From Candidatus Aminicenantes bacterium (GTDB lineage Bacteria; Acidobacteriota; Aminicenantia; Aminicenantales; Saccharicenantaceae), in contig CAVWFA010000009.1 of assembly GCA_963754085.1 (NCBI GenBank), positions 7,086 to 71,085 on the forward strand: a stretch of DNA of 64,000 nucleotides, in the 5' to 3' direction. Made by a program: the position numbers and the translations under genes. How positions within the stretch are numbered: position 1 is the first letter of the stretch; each line of letters opens with the position of its first letter. The notes under the pieces are model-generated. The model ran no database searches and had not been told where the DNA came from. It was given only the letters and a program-made list of their open reading frames with translations. This document shows, one piece after another, positions 38,796 to 47,426 of the stretch.

Positions 38796-39899
38796 ATGAC
38801 GCATCACAGGAAAACGCGGCTTCTCGCGGCGCTGGCGGGCGTGCCGGCCCTCGCCCTGGCCGGAACCGCCGTCCTGACCGCGACGGCGCCGGCCGCGACG
38901 ACAGCGTGGGCCGGATACCTGCATGCCACGACGGCCACGTCCATCTGACCAATTACATCCAGGAGGGCCCGACCGCCCGCGAATTCCTGAAGGTCATGGG
39001 CGACAAGGTCGGCCGGGCGACGCTGTTCGGCCTGCCCTTGCAGCAGATGTGGGCCCACGGCAACACGGGCGACTACGCCCCGACCTACTACCTGCAGACG
39101 GACGCGCCCCTCTACTATTATTCCTTCACCGACGCCTGGATCGCCATGCAGTACAAGTCTTTGACACCGAAGGAACAGGCGCGGTTCGATCCCATGATCA
39201 CCGGCTTCAATCCGGCCGACATGTACGCGACGGACCACATCAAACGGGTGCTCAGGACCTTCCCCGGGGTCTTCGTCGGGATCGGCGAGTTCACGATCCA
39301 TAAGGAATTCGTGTCCGCCAAGACGGCCGGCGGGCCCGCCTCGCTCACGGATCCGGCGCTCGACCGGATCTTCGACTTCGCCGGCGAGGCCGGCCTGGTC
39401 ACGATCATCCACAGCGACGCGGACGTGCCGTTCCCGAAGCCCAACCAGGAGCCCTGGCAGATCCTCCAGATGCGGGACCTCTTCCTGCGCCACCCCAAGA
39501 CGACCATCATCTGGGCCCATATCGGCGTCGGGCGCGTCGTCCGTCCCGTGGAGGACCAGATCGGCATCGTCGAGAAGGCCCTCAACAACCCCGCCCTCAA
39601 GCCACCTCTACTTCGACATCTCCTGGGACGAGGCGGCCAAGTACCTGGTGGCGACGCCGGAGACGATCCAGCGCGGCGCCGACCTCATCAACCGCTTTCC
39701 CGACCGGTTCCTGTTCGGCACGGACGAGGTCGGGCCGACCGATCAGGCCAAGTACCTGAAGACCTACGACATCTACGCGCCCCTCTTCGCCAAGCTCACC
39801 CCGGCGGCACGGGAGAAGCTCCTGAAGGGCAATTACGAGCGCATCTTCGACGAGGCCCGGCGCCGGGTCCGGGCCTGGGAGAAAGCGAATCTCAAATAG
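38796..39899 (+). pseudogene. secreted metal-dependent amidohydrolase (TIM-barrel), two frameshifts
   Basis: Signal peptide MTHHRKTRLLAALAGVPALALAG, then DGHVHLTNYIQEG...VTIIHSDAD...TIIWAHIGVG and, in a third frame, HLYFDISWDE...FLFGTDE. Shifts are near 38860-38905 and 39598-39603. Confidence 0.65.
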
Positions 39900-39942
39900 A
39901 TGGGACCGATCAACACAGTCAAGAAAGGAGTCAGGATCTAAG

Positions 39943-41236
39943 ATGAGACACACACCGAAGCACATTCGTCACACGGCCCTGCGGCTGCTGCTGGTCGCGC
40001 TGCTCGTGGTCGCCGCCCTGCCCGCGCTGCGGGCCGAGGATACGGCCGAGACGACCGCGGCTAAGAAGGCCGAGGAAGCCAAGGCCGCCGCCGCGGCGCA
40101 GGACACCGAAACCAAGTTCCGGCTGGACATCAACGGCGCCGCCATGCTGGACATGGGGTATCAGTCCGGCTCGAGCGATCCGAACTGGTTCGACGTGGTC
40201 CGCCCGACCAAGCTGCCCGCTTACGAGGGCCAGTACGGCAAGGACGGCAGCTTCTTCTCCGGCGTCCGGCAGAGCCGCCTCGGCTTCAGGGCCTACATCC
40301 CCTCGAGCCTCGGCGAGATCAAGACGATCTTCGAGTTCGAGCTCTTCGGCACGGGCGTGGACGCCGGCCAGACGACGTTCCGGCTGCGCCACGCCTACGG
40401 CGAGCTCGGCCACTTCGGGGCCGGCCAGACCTGGAGCCCGTTCATGGACGCGGACGTCTTCCCCAACTCGATCGAGTACTGGGGGCCGAACGGCATGGTC
40501 TTCTTCCGCAACGTCCAGTTCCGCTGGATGCCGCTGATGGGCGCCACGAGCGTGACCATCGCCATCGAGCGTCCGGGCGCCAGCGGCGACCAGGGCGTCT
40601 ACGCGAACCGCGTCGAGCTCGGCGATGTCAAGGCCCGCTTCCCCCTGCCGGACATCACGGCGAACATCCGCCGGAGCGGCAAGTGGGGCCACGTCCAGCT
40701 GGCCGGGATCCTGCGCCGGATGCAGTGGGACGACATGGGCGAAGAGGAATACGACCTGTCCGGCAGCGCCACGGGCTGGGGCTTCAACCTCAGCACCAAC
40801 CTCAAGGCCGGCAAGGGGACGTTCCGCGGCTCGGTCGTCTACGGCGAAGGCATCCAGAACTACATGAACGACGCCCCCGTGGACATCGGCATCAAGAACA
40901 ATTTCTCCGACCCGGACAAGCCCATCCTCGGCGTGGCGCTCCCCGTCCTCGGCCTCGTCGCCTTCTTCGACGTCAACTGGAACGACAAGTGGACCAGCAC
41001 CGTCGGAGGCTCGATGGTCGACATCACCAACTCGGACGGCCAGGCGTCCGACGCCTTACAGCCGGGGCTACTACGCCCTGGTCAATCTGCTCTACTACCC
41101 GACCTCGAACGTCTTCCTGGGCCCCGAGCTCCAGTGGGCCCGGCGCGAGAACTTCTCCGACGGCTGGAACGTGGACGATTTCCGCATCCAGTTCTCGGCC
41201 AAATACAGCTTCAAAACTTCCATAGGAGGCAACTGA
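39943..41236 (+). CDS. DcaP-like outer-membrane porin with N-terminal coiled-coil; one frameshift
   Basis: Signal peptide, an AAKKAEEAKAAAAAQ coil, and RLRHAYGELGHFGAGQTWSPFMD. After ~41055-41070 the true frame continues YYALVNLLYYPTSNVFLGPELQWARRENFSDGWNVDDFRIQFSAKYSF...GGN*. The ORF-track 771-aa protein is an artefactual read-through into glsA. Confidence 0.65.
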
Positions 41237-42258
41237 TGAATCGCAAGACCCTCACGGCCATCTGCGCGGTCTTCCTCGGTGTGGCGCTTCTCGCCGGCAC
41301 CGTGGCCGCCCAAACGGAATCCGAGATCAACGCCGCCCTGCAGGCCGCGTACGCCAAGTACAAGGACCTCCAGGAAGGCAAGAACGCCGACTACATCCCG
41401 GCCCTGGCCAAGGTCGACTCCAAGATCTTCGGCATCGCCCTCGTGACCCCCGACGGCAAGGTCTACACCGCCGGCGACATCAAGTCCGAGGTCTCCATCC
41501 AGTCCATCTGCAAGGTCTTCACCATGGCCAAGGTCATGGAGGAGCAGGGGCCGGACGCCATCATCGAAACGATCGGCGTCGACCCGACCGGCATGCGCTT
41601 CAATTCGATCGTGGCGGTCGAATGGTCCCAGAAGCTGCTGAAGAACCCCGAGATCAACCCGCTCGTCAATCCGGGCGCGATCGTGGCCGCCAGCATGGTC
41701 AAGGGCAAGAACCGGGCCGAGATCTGGAAGAGCCTCCTGGGCTTCTATTCGGATTGCGCGGCCCGGCCGCTCGGCGTCAACCAGGAAGTCTTCAAGTCCG
41801 AGAGCGACACGAACCAGCGCAACCAGGCCATCGGCTACCTGATGTACGCCTACGAGTGGATCAAGTCGGAGCCCATGCGGGCCACCGACATCTACACCGA
41901 GGCCTGCTCGGTCAACGTCAACGCCAAGGACCTGGCCATGATGGCCGGCACGCTGGCCAACGGCGGAAAGAACCCCGTGACCGGCAAGCAGGTCATCAAG
42001 CCCACGAACGTCCCCGGCATCCTGGCGGTCATGGCCATCGCCGGCCTCTATGACGATTCGGGCAAGTGGCTCTACCGCACGGGCCTGCCCGGCAAGAGCG
42101 GCGTCGGCGGCGGCATCATCGCCGTCTCCCCCGGCAAGTTCGGCATCGCGGTCATTTCGCCGCCTCTCGACGACGCCGGCAACAGCATTCGGGCCCAGAA
42201 GGCCATCGCCGACATCTCCAACGCGCTCGGCGGCAACCCGTACGCGGCGAAGAAGTAG
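41236..42258 (+). CDS. glsA: glutaminase A with an N-terminal signal peptide
   Basis: MNRKTLTAICAVFLGVALLAGTVAAQ, then ADYIPALAKVD...FGIALVTPDGKVYTAGD...SIQSICKVFT...GLPGKSGVGGGIIAV, classic glutaminase (serine-dependent beta-lactamase-like) motifs. The ATG overlaps the porin stop (TGATG). Confidence 0.9.
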   Translation: MNRKTLTAICAVFLGVALLAGTVAAQTESEINAALQAAYAKYKDLQEGKNADYIPALAKVDSKIFGIALVTPDGKVYTAGDIKSEVSIQSICKVFTMAKVMEEQGPDAIIETIGVDPTGMRFNSIVAVEWSQKLLKNPEINPLVNPGAIVAASMVKGKNRAEIWKSLLGFYSDCAARPLGVNQEVFKSESDTNQRNQAIGYLMYAYEWIKSEPMRATDIYTEACSVNVNAKDLAMMAGTLANGGKNPVTGKQVIKPTNVPGILAVMAIAGLYDDSGKWLYRTGLPGKSGVGGGIIAVSPGKFGIAVISPPLDDAGNSIRAQKAIADISNALGGNPYAAKK

Positions 42259-42289
42259 GGTCGGCGCGGATCAGGTTTTCGTATTCAAG

Positions 42290-42343
42290 AGCCCGGGGCG
42301 GGCCGGCGGAAGCGCCGGGTCCTCCCCGGGCTTTTCTTTTTCT
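42290..42343 (+). terminator. rho-independent terminator of the porin-glutaminase operon
   Basis: agcccgggg...ccccgggct stem enclosing ccggcg-gaa-gcgccgg, followed by TTTTCTTTTTCT. Confidence 0.75.
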
Positions 42344-42393
42344 CGTTCCCGCGTCGGCCGTTGAGCGCGTTCTCCGGCCGGGGGCCGATGGCA

Positions 42394-42422
42394 TTGACGG
42401 TGCGGCGACCCGATGGTAACAT
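42394..42422 (+). promoter_or_regulatory. candidate sigma70-type promoter
   Basis: TTGACG-17 nt-TAACAT, preceded by GGGGCCGATGGCA (a loose match to the right half of the 16-mer). Confidence 0.5.
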
Positions 42423-42463
42423 CCGGAACGAAAGGACAGTCCGGGGCGGAAGGAGAGAGCGAC

Positions 42464-42827
42464 ATGGGCGCACAATTCCTGGGCATCGAGGGGGACGTCC
42501 TGACGATCAAGGTCACCGGCCGGCTCGAGCGGACCGAGCTCGCGGAAGCGCAGAGGCTGGCGACGGAGGCCATCCGGAAACACGGCCCCGTCCGCATTCT
42601 CGTCCTGAGCGAGGATTTCCGCGGCTGGGCCAAGGGCGGGGACTGGGGCGACCTGTCCTTCCAGATGGACAACGACAAGCACATCGCCAAGATGGCCGTC
42701 GTCGCCGAAGAGAATTGGGAGGACCTGATCCTCATGTTCACGGGCAAGGGGCTCCGCCCCTTCCCGATCGAGCACTTCTCTCCCGGCCGACGAGGCCAAG
42801 GCCCGGACCTGGCTCGCGACCGACTGA
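42464..42827 (+). CDS. STAS_2 / SpoIIAA-like (DUF3478) protein; frameshift near the 3' end
   Basis: MGAQFLGIEGDVLTIKVTGRLERTELAEAQRL...VRILVLSEDFRGWAKGGDWGDLSFQMDNDKHIAKMAVVAEENWEDL. The expected C-terminus ADEAKARTWLATD* lies in the +1 frame after ~42780-42790. Confidence 0.6.
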
Positions 42828-43057
42828 TCCGCCCCTCATCCAGGGCTCTCCGGACCTGACAACCGGGGTCGCCGGCGCAATTATTTCTTCCCTATCCTGG
42901 CCCCTCGGCGTTCCCTCGAGAGAAGCCCTGAACACCGGCCTGAGCCGCCCCCTGATAATCCCTACTTATTTTCTAGGAAATGAAACCTTTCGGCGCGACG
43001 TTGCGTCTAAATGGATGGAAAGAAAAAAGAAAAGAACAAGAGAAAGAGGTAAATATC

Positions 43058-43423
43058 ATGAAGATCAGCACGAAGTTAGCCATTCTTCTCGTCGCCGCCG
43101 TCATGTCGCTGGCCGGATTCGGCGTCCTCGCCAGCTCCCTTTCGGTGAGCAAGATCGTCGCGGATCTGACGCCGACGACCGTGGTCAGCGTCACCATCAA
43201 CGGCTGAGTCCGCTCGGGCCTGAAGAACCACATCGGCTTCTATCCGACGTCGAGCGGGATCGCGGCGTTCAAGAGCGAGCTCGCGGACTACGAGACTTCA
43301 AAAGGCGCGGTCAGGTTCCCGATCGACAGACCGCTGCCGCTCAAGCTCATCGCCCGGATCGTCAAGTTCCGGGCGGCCGAGAACGCGAAGAAGGCGAAGG
43401 CTCGATCAGCCCCAAAAAGATAG
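43058..43423 (+). pseudogene. DUF1801 (YdhG-like) protein interrupted by an in-frame TGA
   Basis: The 49-codon ORF ends at the TGA at 43205..43207. The same frame continues VRSGLKNHIGFYPTSSGIAAFKSELADYETSKGAVRFPIDRPLPLKLIARIVKFRAAEN, the conserved DUF1801 C-terminal half. The total length (~121 codons) equals a normal DUF1801 protein. Confidence 0.5.
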
Positions 43424-43505
43424 CGCCTCGCTGAACGGCGGACAGCCTTGACTCCGGCCCTCTGAAGTCCCCATAATCGGGACGAGAGAAAGAGGGGCTC
43501 TCGCC

Positions 43506-44445
43506 ATGAACGGTGGACGGAGACGCGCCGGACCCGGCTTGACGGGTTCTCTCCCTCTGACCCGCCGCGAAGCCCTCCGCCTCGGACTCGCGGGCGGCGC
43601 GCTGGCCTGTTTGGGCCGGGCCTGCCAGACGGGATCGAAGCCGCCCGAGCCTCCCGAGCCGCCGCCCGGCGACGAGCCCGTCTACGCGCTCACTCCGGGC
43701 GACTCGCTCTACGACGACTTCGACGGTCACGGGTGCTTCCAAACCTACGAGGGCCGCGACTTGGCCACGGCCGGCGCGCTCTACGAGCGGATCTGGGTCC
43801 AGGATGGCGGGTCGCAGGTCGTCGCCGACCCGTCCGGTCTCTGCATCGGGCCTGGCCCCGGTCCCGAATGACGTCCTCGAGATCGGCTGTGTCGGGCAGA
43901 CGATGACCTATGCCTGGCTCAACAGCCCCCGGGAGATCACCTTCGCCGATTTCGGCTCGCTCCGCGCCGACGTCAGGCTCTCCTCCCGGTCCACGGCCCC
44001 CCACCCTGGCGCCTTCCTGAATTTCCACACGACCATCCCCGAGCAGCCGCCCGGGAAGAGCTGGTGGGTCAACCTCGGCCTCTTCAAGGACCTCGGCGGG
44101 CCCGGCGCGTTCGTCGTCGGCCAGTACGGCAACATCAACCTGGGCCTCGTCCAGAACGACCTGCTCGGAGCGGTCGCGCTCGACGAGTGGCACGCCCTCC
44201 GGCTCGACATCGTGACCGGGGCCGACGATCCCCGGCTCGGCGCCCAGGACCTCCGTCTCGACTATTACCTCGACGGCGAGCTCAAGGCCTCCAGGATCCC
44301 CGAGGACAGCGCCATCCTCATCGATCCGGCCCGGACCGGGCTCGGTCCCCACCGCAGCCTCGTCGTCAACCGCGACGGATACGAGGGAGACGCCTACGGG
44401 TACTTCGACAACGTCCGCGCCGTGTACCGCGACCGGATCGCCTGA
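43506..44445 (+). CDS. TAT-exported hypothetical protein; one frameshift
   Basis: The twin-arginine motif is LTRREALRLGLAGGALA. ORFs 43506..43871 and 43804..44445 join near 43845-43865. No recognisable catalytic motif. Confidence 0.5.
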
Positions 44446-44512
44446 CGGGGGGCATGTGCGCGACGTGCCCCGGTCTCGATGATCCCGCGAATCCGGGAAC
44501 GTTGGCGGCGGA

Positions 44513-45175
44513 TTAAGTGCCTGCCCCGGCGGCGGCGGCGACCACGGCCGCTTTGGCCGCTTCGATGACCCGGGCGACGACGCTCCCGACCGGCTGGCTC
44601 GCGCTGATCTCCTTGGCCCTCTTCTTCGCTTCCCTGCGCTCCCCCTTGTCGAAGAGGGTCCCCGTCAGCTCACAGGCGTGGACGAGGCTGATCAGGGCGG
44701 CCGTCCGCTCGTCGGGCGGGGTCATGCCGCGGAGGGCCTGGCGGACCCGCTCCCGGATGCCGTACTCCGGCATGGGATTGGTCTGCGGATAGCGCTTCGT
44801 CGGGAAGATCAGGAGCACGCGGTGGTCCTCCTTCTGCAGGATCCTCTTGTCGACCAGGCGATCCGCGAGCTTCCCCCGGATCTTGCCGGCCGAGCGGCCG
44901 ATCTTGCCGACCCAATGCTTGAGGTCGCGAATCTTCGCGGAGGCGCGAATAAGGCCGAGGACCTCGTCCAGGACTTCGTCCCGCGCCGCGCCGGCCGGCG
45001 CCGCGACGAGGTTCTTCCCCTCGATGCGAACGAGGCCGGCGTCGACGAGCTCGATGAGGAGCGCGCCGGCCAGCCCGTAGGGCAGGGCCATCGATCCCGC
45101 CATCAGGACGGTCCCCTTCTCGTCGTTCAGGGCCAAGAGCAGAAGCTCTTCGGCCAAAGAGAGTCTCGGTTCCAT
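44513..45175 (-). CDS. GPP34/GOLPH3-family protein
   Basis: MEPRLSLAEELLLLALNDEKGTVLMAGSMALPYGLAGALLIELVDAGLVRIEG... is the typical GPP34 opening. Only the last 220 codons of the 892-aa ORF-track entry are credible. The rest is antisense to the SulP gene. Confidence 0.7.
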   Translation of the reverse strand: MEPRLSLAEELLLLALNDEKGTVLMAGSMALPYGLAGALLIELVDAGLVRIEGKNLVAAPAGAARDEVLDEVLGLIRASAKIRDLKHWVGKIGRSAGKIRGKLADRLVDKRILQKEDHRVLLIFPTKRYPQTNPMPEYGIRERVRQALRGMTPPDERTAALISLVHACELTGTLFDKGERREAKKRAKEISASQPVGSVVARVIEAAKAAVVAAAAGAGT

Positions 45176-45240
45176 GTCGCGAATGTAATCCAAGGAGGAA
45201 AGCCTTGTCAACCTCGACCGGCCGCCGGGCATCCGGACTA

Positions 45241-45270
45241 TTGAAATGGGCAGCCGTTCTGCACTATAAG
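45241..45270 (+). promoter_or_regulatory. candidate sigma70-type promoter of the SulP gene
   Basis: TTGAAA-18 nt-TATAAG, preceded by GGCATCCGGACTA. Confidence 0.5.
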
Positions 45271-45328
45271 AGGTCTGAGATCGCCGTCCCCTGGACCCGG
45301 TCCGCAGCCACGTCGAAAAAGGCGCCCC

Positions 45329-46981
45329 ATGATCAGGCCGCTGTCGGGATATCGGAAGAGCTGGCTCCGCTACGATCTCCTGGCGGGCGTATCGGTGGCC
45401 GCGGTGGCCGTGCCGATCGCCATCGCCTACTCGCAGCTGGCCGGCGTTCCCCCGGTCTACGGGTTGTACGCCAGCCTCCTGCCGCTCGTCGCTTACGCCT
45501 TTCTGGGCTCGTCCCGCCAGCTGATCGTCGCGCCCGATGCCGCGACCTGCGCCATCGTCGCCGCCGTAGTGGCGCCCCTGGCCGGCCAGGACCTGATGCG
45601 ATACGTGTCGCTGACGGCGGCGCTGGCGATCATCACCGGCGTCTTCTGCATCGCGGCCGGCCTGGCCCGGCTGGGATTCCTGGCCAATTTCCTGGCCCGG
45701 CCCATCCTGACGGGTTACATCAACGGCATCGCCATCTCGATCATCGCCGGCCAGCTCGGTACCCTGTTCGGGTTCCGGTTGGAGCCCGCCGGGGTCTTCC
45801 GTCTGCTCTGGAGGTTCTTCTCGAAGCTGGGCGAGACCCACGCCCCGACGCTCGTGGTCGGCGCGGCGATCCTGGCCCTGCTGCTGGTGCTCTCCCGGGC
45901 GGCCCCAAAGGTGCCGGGGCCCCTGGTCGCCATCGTGCTCGGCGCGGCCGGTTCGGCCGTCTTCGGGTTCGCCAAGCTCGGCATCAAGCTTCTGGGCGAG
46001 ATCCCCGCCGGGCTTCCGGCCCCCAGGATCCCGGCCGTCACCGGGCTCGATTGGCAGCCGCTGGCGGTGGGCGCGGTCGGGTTGGCGCTCATCAGCTACA
46101 ACAGCGCCATGGTCACCGCCCGGGGGTTCGCGGCCAGGAACCGCTACGAGATCGATCCGAATCGGGAGTTCATCGCCTTGGGCGTTGCCGACATCGGGGC
46201 CGGCCTCCTGCAGGGCTTCGCCGTCAGCGGGGCCGATTCCCGCACCGCCGTCAACGATTCGATGGGAGGCAAGAGCCAGGTGACGGGGCTGGTGGCGGCG
46301 GCCGGATTGGCCCTGACCCTGATCTTCCTCACGAAGCCCCTCGGCGGACTGCCCATGGCCGTGCTCTCGGCGGTCCTCATCAAGTCGGCCTTGGGTTTGT
46401 TCGATCTGCGCGCCCTGGGCGCGCTGCGGCGCGTCAGCCCCCACGAATTCCGGCTCTGTCTCCTGACCCTGCTCGGCGTTGTCACCGTCGGCGTGCTGCC
46501 CGGCGTGATCGTCGCTGTTCTCGCGGCCCTGGGGCAGCTCCTGGCCCGGGCGTCCAAGCCGCACGACGCGGTCCTCGGACGCATCCCGGGGACGAACGAT
46601 TACGGCGACCTGACGAAATACCCCGGAGCCGAGCCGGTCCCGGGCCTCGTCATCTACCGTTTCGACGCGTCCCTGGTCTTCTTCAACGCCGACCACTTCA
46701 AGGCGCGCGCCAAATCCGTGATCCGGGATGACCCGGCGCCGGTCCGGGAGTTCGTGCTCGATGCCGAGAGCATGCCCAACCTGGATACCACCGGCGCCGC
46801 GGTTCTGGACGACCTCCGGAACGATCTCGAGGCGGCCGGGATCGCGATGGCCGTCGCGGCGGCCAAGAGCCCTGTCCGCGGCATGCTCGAACGGACCGGC
46901 TTTGCCGGCCGGATCGGGGCGGACCGCATGTTCTCCTCGGTCCACGCCGCGGCCGCGACGCTGCGGAAAGCCGAACCCTGA
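45329..46981 (+). CDS. SulP-family anion (sulfate) permease with C-terminal STAS domain
   Basis: 550 aa. DLLAGVSVAAVAVPIAIAYSQLAGVPPVYGLYASLLP is the SulP signature region. C-terminal STAS (YRFDASLVFFNADHF...LDAESMPNLDTTGAAVL). Confidence 0.9.
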   Translation: MIRPLSGYRKSWLRYDLLAGVSVAAVAVPIAIAYSQLAGVPPVYGLYASLLPLVAYAFLGSSRQLIVAPDAATCAIVAAVVAPLAGQDLMRYVSLTAALAIITGVFCIAAGLARLGFLANFLARPILTGYINGIAISIIAGQLGTLFGFRLEPAGVFRLLWRFFSKLGETHAPTLVVGAAILALLLVLSRAAPKVPGPLVAIVLGAAGSAVFGFAKLGIKLLGEIPAGLPAPRIPAVTGLDWQPLAVGAVGLALISYNSAMVTARGFAARNRYEIDPNREFIALGVADIGAGLLQGFAVSGADSRTAVNDSMGGKSQVTGLVAAAGLALTLIFLTKPLGGLPMAVLSAVLIKSALGLFDLRALGALRRVSPHEFRLCLLTLLGVVTVGVLPGVIVAVLAALGQLLARASKPHDAVLGRIPGTNDYGDLTKYPGAEPVPGLVIYRFDASLVFFNADHFKARAKSVIRDDPAPVREFVLDAESMPNLDTTGAAVLDDLRNDLEAAGIAMAVAAAKSPVRGMLERTGFAGRIGADRMFSSVHAAAATLRKAEP

Positions 46982-47059
46982 CATGGGGCTAACCCGTCGG
47001 ACATGCCAGACCTCGATCGCCGGCCGTCGAAGACCGGCAAGTCGATAGGAGGGACGATC

Positions 47060-47401
47060 ATGGGAAGATCTCGCGTGAGACGGTTCGGGTCCTTCGTCGG
47101 GCTGGGCGTGCTGGTTTTGACCGGTTGCGTCAGGGTGCCCGCCGGGCGGATCAACACCGACCGCATGGATTTCGGGCAGGTCATCCAGCAATCCTGGAAG
47201 CGCCAGACGCTCCTGAACATCGTGCGGATGCGATACGGGGACGCGCCCATGTTCCTGGACGTCGCGTCCGTCATCAACAGCTACACGCTCGGCGGCAGCG
47301 TCTCGGGCGGGGCTTCGCTCCAGGGGCGGAAAAGATGCCGAAGGGGCTGCAAGATCGCCGACGGCGTCACGTATCCCGCGGAGATCCTGTTCTCCTTATA
47401 G
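47060..47401 (+). pseudogene. 5' fragment of a paralogue of lipoprotein 16527..17591
   Basis: MGRSRVRRFGSFVGLGVLVLTGCVRVPAGRINTDRMDFGQVIQQSWKRQTLLNIVRMRYGDAPMFLDVASVINSYTLGGSVSGGA matches the first ~88 aa of the 354-aa protein. It then diverges into non-homologous sequence and stops. Confidence 0.65.
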
Positions 47402-47426
47402 GATCACCAGGACCACCTGAAACGCT

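Noticed and set aside
39943-42258. A 771-aa porin-glutaminase fusion protein, as listed in the ORF track.
   Set aside because: After ~41060 the translation turns into junk until MNRKTL. The -1 frame gives a proper porin C-terminus ending 1 nt into the glsA ATG. This is two genes plus a frameshift.
43205-43207. The in-frame TGA as selenocysteine or a reassigned codon.
   Set aside because: TGA is used as an ordinary stop by many well-supported genes in the window. Nothing in the DUF1801 family, as I recall it, suggests a Cys/Sec at this position. I saw no obvious hairpin directly downstream.
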